Assembly (NCBI RefSeq): GCF_001194135.2
Contig: NC_068986.1
Location: forward strand, 25,414,925 to 25,478,924
DNA length: 64,000 bases
Reading direction: 5' to 3'
DNA from: Octopus bimaculoides
Taxonomy: Eukaryota
The notes below the pieces were generated by a model. That model worked only from the letters and a program-made list of their open reading frames with translations. It searched no databases and was not told the origin of the DNA. Positions 25,722 through 36,446 of the stretch are shown here, in pieces. Within the stretch, counting starts at the first letter, position 1, and each line of letters starts with the position of its first letter. The translations under genes and the position numbers were made by a program.

Positions 25722-25915
25722 AGTTGCTTCTCTTTTTGTTGTTGCTGTTGGTCTGTTGTTGTTTTTGGTGATGGTGGTGGTGGCAGTGGCATTGGTGGTG
25801 ATGGTGATGGTGCTACTGTTGTTGTTGTTGTTACTGCTGTTGCTATTGTTGTTACAGCTGTTATTGTTGTTGTTGTTGTTGTTGGCGCTGTTGTTGTTCT
25901 TTGCTGCTGTTATTC
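25303..25915. repeat. Compound triplet array (GTA)n-(GTG)n-(GCG)n-(GTA)n-(GTC)n-(GTT)n
   Basis: Read directly. It explains the poly-V/L ORFs at 25288-25920. Confidence 0.95.
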
Positions 25916-26388
25916 TTTAGCTCCAGCTGAGCCCAGATTAAACAGAGCCATAATCACAGGCTTTCCAACCTTGACCTTCTCGTCCAGTGGCTCTCAACCT
26001 GGGTCTCATAAGGCCCCTGAAGATCTGAATAAGATTTTGTGGGGTCAACACAAGAAAATAGTAATTGGAGACCCACAATAATATTTTAAGGGCCCCTGAA
26101 AAAATTTTGCCTTTGATGCATTAGTAAGGGCATCCAACTGTAGAAACTCTGCCAAATCAGATTGGAGCCTGGTGTAGCCATCTGGTTCGCCAGTCCTCAG
26201 TCAAATCGTCCAACCCATGCTAGCATGGAAAGCGGACATTAAATGACGATGATGATGATGATGATGTATTGCAAGAAACAGCTGGGTTTTTTGCTCTAAC
26301 ATTTTACATAGTTTAACCTCCACAGGTTAATGTGTGACAAACGAAATAGGAATTTTGAAAGAAGTTTCTATAAAACTAATTTTTAAAT

Positions 26389-26765
26389 TCCGTTTATATA
26401 TTTGTTTTGCAAGATTCTTGATGTGAAATCGTGTGTGGAAACAGATATTGTTGTATTTGGGGATGGTCATGTTGCTAGTTTAGCCAATAAAAACATAGAC
26501 ACACATAGAGGGATACGCATGTGCAAATATAGACACATACAATAGGAATACAAAATACAAAATGGCTGATCGTTAGTAAGGAGGGACACACAAATAAGAA
26601 AGAAGAAAGCAAAGGACGACTGATGAGGTCACAGAAGTGTGACGAAAGAACTCTGGCCGAAATACGATTAATGTAATATAAAGCTGAAGCAAATTAACAC
26701 CAAATATATAGTGCGTGTGTTTTGATTGGCTAAACTGGCAACATGACCATCCCCAAATACAACAA
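26389..26765. mobile_element. Lopsided foldback insert 1: 50-bp inverted repeats, 57-bp one-sided tail, 10-12-bp TSD, internal hammerhead-like motif
   Basis: The arms at 26446-26495 and 26718-26767 match 48/50. The direct repeat taatttttaaat is at 26377-26388 and 26766-26777. The tail 26389-26445 is unpaired. Confidence 0.8.
26612..26658 (+). ncRNA. Minimal hammerhead ribozyme-like motif (probably decayed)
   Basis: CTGATGA(26620-26626)-G-GTCACA-gaag-TGTGAC-GAAA(26644-26647)-GAACTC. Stem II is a perfect 6 bp, the NUH candidate is CUC, and stem I is only partly paired. Confidence 0.55.
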
Positions 26766-27348
26766 TAATTTTTAAATATCGAATCGCTATGAGAGTCCAC
26801 CAGAATAAAATAGTAATCAAAGGGGTCCATAGATTAAAAAAATGGTTGGGAACCCCTGTTCTAGTCTTTTTTTCTTATATACAGGCACATCCAGGTCTTC
26901 TTTATCTAATGTGGCTTTTTTTCTAAATCAGTACAGTGTGATTTGAGGAGAACCTGGCTCTTATTTCAAGCAAATTGGGCAACCACAGAGTAGCTACCCT
27001 GTTGGTTCATATAACTCAACTACTGGGAGAGGGAATATTCTCATGTGTATATTATTGGATAATGAATAATACTTAGATGGTACTTTTAAAAGGATTCCAC
27101 TTACCCATAACCAAAATTGGAAATTTTGAAGTGGAATGTATACTCTCTGTAAGGATATGCAAGAATTCTCTTTATTTTGTAATTTGGAAGGCTAAGAAAC
27201 TTTGGAACTGGCAGATCTTTTTCCTTAACACTATCAGTTTCCTAAAAGACCTTTTAACACGTGAAAACCTTTGATGATCTGCCCCCCCCCATTCTCCCTT
27301 ACTCATGTTTTCTTTCTTTCTCTACCTGAATGTCTGTCTATCTATCTA

Positions 27349-27417
<69 letters not shown>

Positions 27418-28306
27418 TTATCTATTTATCTATCTATCCATCCGTTCATCTGTCTGTCTGTCTATGCTGTGTGTATGTGAATGGACATGAGTGGTATGTA
27501 TGCTGTATGTGTATATCAATATTATACACATGAATGTGTTTATGGCCCTTATATACATGTGTTGTTATCTATCCACACACACACACACGGACACTTCTTC
27601 ATCCATCCATCCATCCATCCACACATACATACAACTCATATTTATGCTTAATATATTAATATGTCAGCTTCATTGTTTTACATCCATTTTTCCATACTGG
27701 CATGAATGAACTGGACGGACTTTCTGATGCAGTGTTTTATAGCCAGATCCCTTTCCTGTCATCAACTCTGTTTTGTCACCTTTTACAACCCAGAAATGCA
27801 ATGTATCTATTCTAAAACCAAGATACACATGGTATTAATATATGCCAGTTCACAGGCCATGAAATATTGGAGCATCCCTATTGAATAGTTTCTGTCCTTT
27901 ACCTTTGACCTTAGTCTAGCACATATTTTTGGTTCTTTCTTGGTTATAGTAGACAGAACTCGTTAACTAATTATTTCTACTATATCAATATGTAGCGCTA
28001 ATAATGATCCTACCTGAGTCATATAGATACATAAGGCTGGTTTTGTGGTTTCCGTGGTGTATATATATATTCACCCCTTGGATAGGATGCCAGTCCATCA
28101 CAGAATTACTCTCTTTTGCCAGCTGAGTGAACTGGAGCAATGTGAAATGAAGTGTTTTGCTCAAGAACACACCACATCACTCAGCCAAGGAATTGAAACC
28201 ACAATCTTATGATCATGAGTCCAACACCTCTATCCTTTAAGCCACATTACCTTCACAATATGTAGCACTAATAAGGATATATGTGTTATATAAAATAATG
28301 ATATAT

Positions 28307-28493
28307 ACTCTTTTACTTGTTTCAGTCATTTGACTGCGGCCATGCTGGAGCACTGCCTTTAGTCAAGAAAATCGACCCCAGGACTTATTCTTTTGTAAAC
28401 CTAGTACTTTTTGCCAAAGTTACAGGGACGTAAACACACCAGCATCGGTTGTCAAGTGATGGTGGGGGGACAAACACAGACGCACAAACACAC

Positions 28494-28526
<33 letters not shown>

Positions 28527-28782
28527 NNNNNNNNNNNNNNNNNNNNNNNNNNNNNNNNNNNNNNNNNNNNNNNNNNNNNNNNNNNNNNNNNNNNNNNNNN
28601 NNNNNNNNACACATATATATGACGGGCTTCTTTCAGTTTCCGTCTACCAAATCCACTACAAGGCTTTGATTGGCCCGAGGCTATAGTAGAAGACACTGGC
28701 CCAAGGTGCCATGCAGTGGGACTGAACCCGGAACCATGTGGTTGGTAAGCAAGCTACTTACCACACAGCCACTCCTGCACCT
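28307..28782 (-). mobile_element. SINE family B copy (internal microsatellite spans an N gap)
   Basis: Head at 28782 and tail at 28307, with the same family sequence as 23494-23906. Confidence 0.85.
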
Positions 28783-29008
28783 ATATGTTATGTAAAAATA
28801 ATTCTTTTTAATTTTGGTATGATGCCACCAATTTTGAGAGGAGGGGAAGTTGATTACACTGACCCTAGTACTGACCAGGTTATCGAAGGGCAAAGTAGAA
28901 GTTGGCAGTATTTGAACTCAGAATGTAAAGAGCCGGAGGAAATGTTACTGAATATTTTCCCCAGTACAGCAACAATTGTCAGCTTGCTGCTTTGTTATGT
29001 ATAAATAA

Positions 29009-29389
29009 GGCGCAATGGCTCAGTAGTTAGGGCAGTGGACTCGTGGTCATAGGATCACGGTTTCGATTCCCAGACCGGGCGTTGTGAGTGTTTATTGAGC
29101 GAAGACACCTAAAGCTCCACGAGGCTTCGGCAGGGGATAGTGGCGAACCCTGCTGTACTCTTCTACCACAACTTTCTCTCACTCTTACTTCCTGTTTCTG
29201 TTGTGCCTGTAATTCAAAGGGTCAACCTTGTCACACTGTGTCACACTGAATATCCCCGAGAACTACATTAAGGGTACACGTGTCTGTGGAGTGCTCAGCC
29301 ACTTGCATGTTAATTTCACGAGCAGGCTGTTCCGTTGATCTGATCGACTGGAACCCTCGATGTCATAAGCAACGGAGTGCCAACAACAG
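29009..29389 (+). mobile_element. Second full-length OR-type tRNA SINE
   Basis: It aligns along its whole length with 14808-15192. A perfect 11-bp TSD tgtataaataa lies at 28998-29008 and 29390-29400. Confidence 0.9.
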
Positions 29390-29720
29390 TGTATAAATAA
29401 TGGCTGTGAAGAAAAAGCAAAATTTTCACTGTTTGGGTCTCAAGATTCTTCTCAAGGTAGGGAAGAGGATAAAATCGAGGCAAGTCCATGTGCTTGTTAT
29501 ACAGGAACCATAGTTGTAAAGGAGGAAGGAAATAGCTAGGTAAGAATGTAATGTCTGTGGAGACTGGAAACGGATGACTGTAATGTGTTTACCATTTATT
29601 ATTTCTTATAGTTTTAGTAAATGTTTAACAGAAAATGAAAGGCCTTAATATATGGTCTTTAGTTCTTTGGTTTGTTCTAGCCATCATGGATAAGGTCATG
29701 CTGGAGCCATCCACCTTTAA

Positions 29721-29780
<60 letters not shown>

Positions 29781-30886
29781 AAATCTATATTTGGCTAAGC
29801 TATGTACTCTTCCTTTTTTTTTTGAAGCTAAATATGAACACACCAGTTAAAGTTAAATACAATTCCAGTTTGTTATTATAACAACCATATACATTGATCC
29901 ATGTTCTTAGTAACATACGTGTGTAACAACCACGCACACACATGCACACAAGTTACACTTCATTCACACGTGTGTTTGAGGATCACACACACATTATATA
30001 CTCTAATCTCTCTGTCTCACTTCTTCTCTCACACATCCACACATATGTGCATATATAATGACCATACACACATACGCACACACATCATCATCATCATCAT
30101 CTTTCTCACACACATGCATCATCACATACATACATGTATATTGGCCACACACATAAAACATTATACATTCCACTTGCATGCACACGCAACACAGCATGCA
30201 GTTACTTGCGCTCACACACACACACAGTGTTAGTGTTAGTAAGTAAAGATTCACAAGAACATCTCCAATGGACACAGCGTTTGCACTTTAATACGGAGGG
30301 CAATGGCATTGATAAGTGAATAATACAAGTATTGTCTTATCGGTGCTAATTCTTCCTTATTGAGAGCCTGGAGGTGGGGTGTGCAGTCTGTGTACTTATG
30401 AATGATTGGGGGAATCTTATGAATACACAAAAACTGAAATCATCTGAAATTATAAATAAATAAACTGTGTATGTTTGTTATGTAAAAATCTGTCCAGAAG
30501 GATAATGTATTTCCCTTCATTACGCCAATCTAGACAGTTTCTATTGAGATGCTATATTGCTCCCTCCTCTCTTGCCACTCTCCCACTGTGGTTTTGTCAG
30601 TGTAGTGCTGGTGCCATACAAAAAACACTGGTGCTGGTTCCATATAAAAAGCATTGGTGCTGGTGCCACATAAAAAGCACCCAGTGCACTCTGCAAAGTG
30701 GTTGGCATTAAGAAGGGCATCCAGCTGTAGCAACCAAGCCAAAATAGGCTATGAGACCCGATGCAGCTCCTGGCCTTGCTAGCTTCTACCAAACACTCCA
30801 GTGCATTCCACCATGGAAAATGGACATTAAATGACGATGATGCCAAAGGTCTTGGTCATTGCCTCTGTGAGGCCCAACCTTTGAAA

Positions 30887-31631
30887 GGAGCAATGTCAGG
30901 CAAATATGGTGTGTGCGGTATTGTTTCCCATTCAAACTGCTCCAGCCCTTGGAATGTCATCCTTGCTGTATGTGGCCGAGCATTATTCTGATGGAAGAAC
31001 ACCTTTTGGTTTGAGTTTAGAAGTTCTAAGTGGACTAAACTTTTCATATCCCAACAAACAGATAACAACACCTTACATGGGTGAAGACCTTCTTTAGCCT
31101 GGGATGCCGGTGTTTCTCCTTTCCCTACCCACTGTCTTCGCACTTGACATTTTTATAGAGAGCCCATTTCTCATCACCAGTCCCTTTTCAGTCCAGAAAA
31201 GGTTCATTCATGAGACTTTACAGCAAAGAAGAATACACATTCACTCTCTGTGTGTAATTAGACTCAGGAAGTTTGTGAGGAACCCATTGACCCAATTTGC
31301 TGACTTTTCCGATGGCATGCAGGTGTCGATGAACAGTTGAGTGACCAAATCTAAACTTCTCTGCTAGTTCTTCAACAATTACGATGGGATTTTGTTCTAC
31401 CAGGATTTGCAGGACATCCTTGTTGAGCTCTACAGATCTTCCAGAATGAGGCTTGTCTTCTCGGCTGTAGTTTCTGGCTCGGAATTTTTGGAACCACCGT
31501 TGACACTGGCTTATGCTTATTGTCCGATCTCCATATACTGCATTAATATTCCCCGCATTTTCCATTGCATTGTTACCTTTATTGAACTCATAAAGCAAAA
31601 TTTGCTGAATATGCTCCTTCGTCACTTCCAT
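30887..31631 (-). pseudogene. Mariner transposase pseudogene (frameshifts, internal deletion)
   Basis: It has the HTH region MEVTKEHIQQILLYEF..., the WVPHKL linker, TGDEKW (first Asp, about 31165-31182), HQNNARPH (second Asp mutated) and PYLPDIAP. The segment between LELL and VFFH is deleted. Confidence 0.85.
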
Positions 31632-31814
31632 TATAGCTTTGAAAGAATAACTGTTAAAATCGAACTGCACTCATCAAAATTTGCACCAAGAATAAGCACA
31701 AGGTAAAATTACTACCTGCTTTTATTGCAAGTTGATGCAGGTAGTTTATCTCATCCCCCTCCAACTTTTAGTTCATGCAATTGAAAAAACTGCATTATTT
31801 ATGGGATGACCCAA
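30887..31814 (-). mobile_element. Mariner transposon, 5' TIR present, 3' end lost
   Basis: On the minus strand the terminus reads TA|TTGGGTCATCCCATAAATAATGCAG (TA at 31815-31816). The transposase is truncated after YLPDIAP, where an RTE 3' fragment (30841-30887) begins. Confidence 0.85.
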
Positions 31815-31983
31815 TATTTTTCTATCAAGCCAATGAAGGTGCTTGCCTTTACATGGTCATCCAATCAGCTAGAAACAACAGTCAAATATCATTCAACTTA
31901 TATCCTTACTCTCTTATAGTCACAATTAGGACACAGCTAAGCAATAACAACAACAAGGACATCAACAACATGTACAGGTTATG

Positions 31984-32019
<36 letters not shown>

Positions 32020-33003
32020 TAATAGTGGATCTCAATTTAGATTAAATTTGCTAATCTTGATTCTAGATTCAAAAATTTCTATAAATAGCATTAATTTTAC
32101 TACTTCCTTTTCAGTTTTTCTTATTTCTAATTTCACTGGAACCTATTAGTTTTGGTTAATTTGATCTTGTTGCAATATTGCCTATGAGATATTCAGATTT
32201 ATTCACAGCAGACTGAGCAAATAGTTACCATGGTAAATATATAACTTTCAGCTCCATAGATTTTATTATCAAATGTTTGATCATTCTCTGAACCATGAGA
32301 GTGAATATAGCCTGAGGATTGACATGTTTAAACATTGAAAATGTCAGCAGAAATAATGCCATTAATAACTGTGAAGTTCTTCAACAGTGAAAACAACTGG
32401 CATCGGTAAAAATGCTGATGTTATTTCTGCTAAAGTAATTTGAGATTGTGAAATATTCTTTAATAATTGGTAAGATTCTGAAGAGCAAATAGGTTATTTT
32501 GAATGACAAAAGTTAACAGGGATTCTTGTCAAATTAGAAAAATACTAACCGATGAAAAAAAGAAGAAAGGAAGGAGAGATTTGGGTATGCAGTGACTGTA
32601 TGTAGGCGCAGGTGTGGGTGTGTGGTTAAGAAGCTTGTTTTGCAACCATGTGGTCTCGGGTTCAATCTCATTGCACAGCACCTTGGGTAAGTGTCTTCTA
32701 TTATAGTTCCAAGCCAAACTGTGTCTTGTGAGTGAATTTGGTAGACAGAAACTGTCAGGAAGCCTGTTGTATGTGTGTGTGTGTGTGTGTATGTGTGGGT
32801 ATTTGTCTTCACCACCATTTGATAACCAGTGTTGGTTTGTTTACATCCCCATAAGTTAGCAGTTTCACAGGGGAATAATTTGAATAAGTACCAGATTTAA
32901 AAAAAAAAAAAAAGTACTGGGGTTGATTTGTTCAACTGAACCTTTTCAGACTGTGCTCCAGCATGGCTGCAGTCCAATGACTGAAAGAAGTAAAAGATAA
33001 AAG

Positions 33004-33705
33004 GGATCTAGTTCAAAACGGGGGCACCAGTATTTTCTTAACGAAACACTTTGAAACTTGGGACACTGGTAGAATGTGTCATATAAAACATCTTTTTCTC
33101 TTAGTCTTCTTAACAAAAAAACGTACATCGCAAGTTATTTCATGTTAAAGTTGTCGTATTTCTGTAATTTCAACCAATGACTGACGTCCATTCAGCTGAA
33201 TANNNNNNNNNNNNNNNNNNNNNNNNNNNNNNNNNNNNNNNNNNNNNNNNNNNNNNNNNNNNNNNNNNNNNNNNNNNNNNNNNNNNNNNNNNNNNNNNNN
33301 NNNNNNNNNNNNNNNNNNNNNNNNNNNNNNNNNNNNNNNNNNNNNNNNNNNNNNNNNNNNNNNNNNNNNNNNNNNNNNNNNNNNNNNNNNNNNNNNNNNN
33401 NNNNNNNNNNNNNNGTACACATACAGTTCAGGCAGATGTTAACGAAATTATAAATGGAGATTAAATATGTTTTACACCGCTTAAACTGCCAAAGGAGTAA
33501 CTGTAAACAGGTGAATACTTGTCAGTGATTGGTTGAAATTATCGAAATAAGACAATTTTTTACATGAATTAACTCCGAATACAAAAATGTTTTTCTGTTC
33601 TATAACACAAAATAGATAAGTATACGAAGTTTGAAAGTCTTTCAGTACCAAAAACACTACATAAAACATTAATGAAAACTGGTGCCCCCGTTTTGAACTA
33701 GATCC
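33004..33705. mobile_element. Young TIR element with GG termini and 8-bp TSD (Merlin-like), inserted in a SINE B tail
   Basis: Perfect 28-bp TIRs GGATCTAGTTCAAAACGGGGGCACCAGT at 33004-33031 and 33678-33705. Perfect TSD gataaaag at 32996-33003 and 33706-33713. An inner imperfect inverted repeat lies at 33151-33185 / 33521-33555, and an N gap at 33203-33414. Confidence 0.85.
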
Positions 33706-33816
33706 GATAAAAGATATCTTGATCCTACCCGCCCTTCCTCTCTCTGTCCCGCTCTCTCTCTCTTTATCTCTGTTTCTGTCTCTCTCTCTTTCTTGCTATA
33801 CATACTTATATCAATA

Positions 33817-34045
33817 AAAACAGTAGGGTAAAAAACTGGATATTAATTCATATGAATTTAATACCAGGGAACAAGCACATTAAAAGAATCAAGGGGATTC
33901 AGAAAAAATATCTGAGATCTCAAAGGATTATTGTATATGTATATATAAAGAAGACCACTAGGTGGACTGTTAATGTGCTAGAAGAAGATCACGTGATTTT
34001 CTAGCACATTAACAGTCCACCTAGTGGTCTCCTTTATATATACAT
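33817..34045. mobile_element. Lopsided foldback insert 2: 51-bp-arm palindrome, ~116-bp one-sided tail, 15-bp direct repeat
   Basis: The arms at 33933-33983 and 33999-34049 match 50/51 and are centred on atcacgtgat. The direct repeat atacttatatcaata is at 33802-33816 and 34046-34060. Confidence 0.75.
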
Positions 34046-34464
34046 ATACTTATATCAATAGATAGATTGCTGCAGATATAAAGTCAGAGACTGGTAGGTT
34101 GAGGAGTAGGGGTAGGTATGAGAGTGAGAGAGATTGTGCTGATGTTATATTTAGATGGATGATTGCAAGGAACTGGGAGGTGAAAGTTTGGAAACTGAGA
34201 AAGATAGTAGATAGAATTTAGAAAAGTGGATTGCTGGGATTGGGATGGTGAAGGAGAAGGATTTGAGTCAGTACTGGAATTGGCAAGGCAAAAAAAAAAT
34301 ACAAAGAAAAAAATGAAGAAAAAAAGAAAACCATCCTCTAGACTATATAGTAATTATCAGCAAGATTCAAATAACAGTTTTACTGCCTTCTGATGGAAAT
34401 AAGATCATATTTGTGGATAGCGTATTTGTAGAGATAATTTATAATTAATTAATTGATTAGAAAA

Positions 34465-34506
<42 letters not shown>

Positions 34507-34938
34507 CACCCGTCTTTTCTCTTTATTTTCCACTTCTTTTTGTCATTCGACTGCAGCCATGAACAAGGAGAGTCAGCGTGATGCACAATGTGACGAGGCT
34601 GACCCTTTGAATTACAGGTATAATTCATCTTTGCCAGCTGAGTGGAGTGGAGCAATGTACAATAAAGTGTCTTGCTCAAGGACACATGCCACCGGATATT
34701 GAACTCGTGACCTTATGATCATGATCTGAATACACAAACCACTAAGCCGCACGCCTTCACACACATGTATATGACAGGCTTCTGTACAGTTTCCTTCTAC
34801 CAATTTTTCACTCACAAAGGCACTAATGGCACAAAGCTTCTGAAGGAGACGAGACCCTTACTTGAAGTGCTGCCCAGTGCAATAGAACTTAGGACCTTGT
34901 AGTAACAAAACAGCCATGCCTGAGCTTACACACCCATT

Positions 34939-34981
<43 letters not shown>

Positions 34982-35344
34982 GCATATATATGTGCACACA
35001 CCCACACCCAATCACACCCACCCACACACACATGTATATATATCCTTGCAACTTAGTGGTTCATCAAGAGACAATACCCCAGCATGGCCACAATCCTATG
35101 ATAAACAAGTAAAGGATATGACTATATATAGAAAGAGAGGGAAGAAAGGAGAGGAAAGANNNNNNNNNNTGTATATATATCCTTGCAACTTAGTGGTTCA
35201 TCAAGAGACAATACCCCAGCATGGCCACAATCCTATGATAAACAAGTAAAGGATATGACTATATATAGAAAGAGAGGGAAGAAAGGAGAGGAAAGAGATG
35301 TGTATATAGATGAACTTGTCTAAAAAATACATTTGTTGATGTGG

Positions 35345-35388
<44 letters not shown>

Positions 35389-35884
35389 ATGTAGATATGT
35401 ATGTCTTTGTATTTATATATGCATGAAACCTGTTTCAACTAATTAATTTGTGTATGCAAGCAAGCAAAGGAAATATGATACCAAAATGTCTGACTATAAG
35501 AATAAATAATTCAGTGACAACAATTAGATATTTGGAAATTTGTGTTCTCTTTTTCTTTTCTTTTTATTTATTTATTATTTTTATTTCATTTTATTTCGTT
35601 ATTCATTTATTTTGTTTTATTTTATTTTATTTATTTATTTTTCATTTTTTTTTTTTTTGTCAGTTAATAACTACTATATTTGTTCTGAAATCAACTGGAA
35701 GAATGGTCCTGAGAAAGTTTTGAAATGGATTTAATTAGTCATTCTTTTGAGGTTGCATGTTTTCTTATGTTTTCTTCTAATTTATTCCCCTCTTCTCTAT
35801 TGACAAGAACTAACTCTGAAAAATGATCTGTGTGAGAGTACAGTATTAGTGAGCATACAAAAATGTACTTCCTTTTCTTCTAAG

Positions 35885-36090
35885 GTGCCATGTCCAGAAT
35901 GTAGGACACGGGGCAATCATGTTCTGCCACACTTCCTTGTTCTTTGTTCTCTGTAGCAGTTCCACTTTCTGATGTTTGATGCCTCTTCTTTTCTTCCAAT
36001 CAGTTCATCAAGCTTCACATTTATATCATCCTTCCTCTTCTGCTTCTTTTCCCTTCATTGCTAAATTCTGCTGGCTCTCTTTCCTCGTCA
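35885..36090 (-). pseudogene. RTE LINE 3' end remnant
   Basis: The minus strand gives ...ELLQRTKNKEVWQNMIA...GHGT* with a frameshift, typical of RTE ORF C-termini. Confidence 0.55.
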
Positions 36091-36403
36091 CATGACTGAG
36101 AAACCTCAGTTCTAAATTTAAGAGATGAGGAATTATGTACATTATTTATGTACCGCCTGACTGGCCTTCGTGCCGGTGTCATGTAAAAGCACCCACTACA
36201 CTCTCGGAGTGGTTGGCGTTAGGAAGGGCATCCAGCTGTAGAAACTCTGCCAAATCAGATTGGAACCTGGTGTAGCCATCTGGTTCACCAGTCCTCAGTC
36301 AAATCGTCCTACCCATACTAGCATGGAAAGCGGATGTTAAACGATGTTGATGATTTACATTATTTACATTTGACGGATATTTGTCCTCATCTTGTTTGTT
36401 GTT

Positions 36404-36446
36404 AACACATTTCGGCTGATATATCCTCCAGCCTTCATCAAGTGTC
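36404..36446 (-). ncRNA. Minimal hammerhead-like motif in a PLE-end-like repeat (~36105-36490), inactivated
   Basis: The minus strand reads GACAC-TTGATGA-A-GGCTG-gaggatatat-CAGCC-GAAA-T-GTGTT. Stems I and II still pair, C3 is T and stem III is missing. Confidence 0.55.

Larger units (their letters stand above)
25985..26858. mobile_element. hAT (Charlie-like) non-autonomous element carrying two nested insertions
   Basis: The termini are CAGTGGCTCTCAACC (25985) and GGTTGGGAACCCCTG (26844-26858). The 8-bp TSD is ttct(c/a)gtc at 25977-25984 and 26859-26866. Nested inside are a family A tail (26128-26266) and a foldback insert (26389-26765). Confidence 0.85.

Noticed and set aside
35033-35296. 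~127-bp direct repeat around a 10-N gap
   Set aside because: An identical overlap across a minimal gap indicates unmerged contig ends, not a real duplication.
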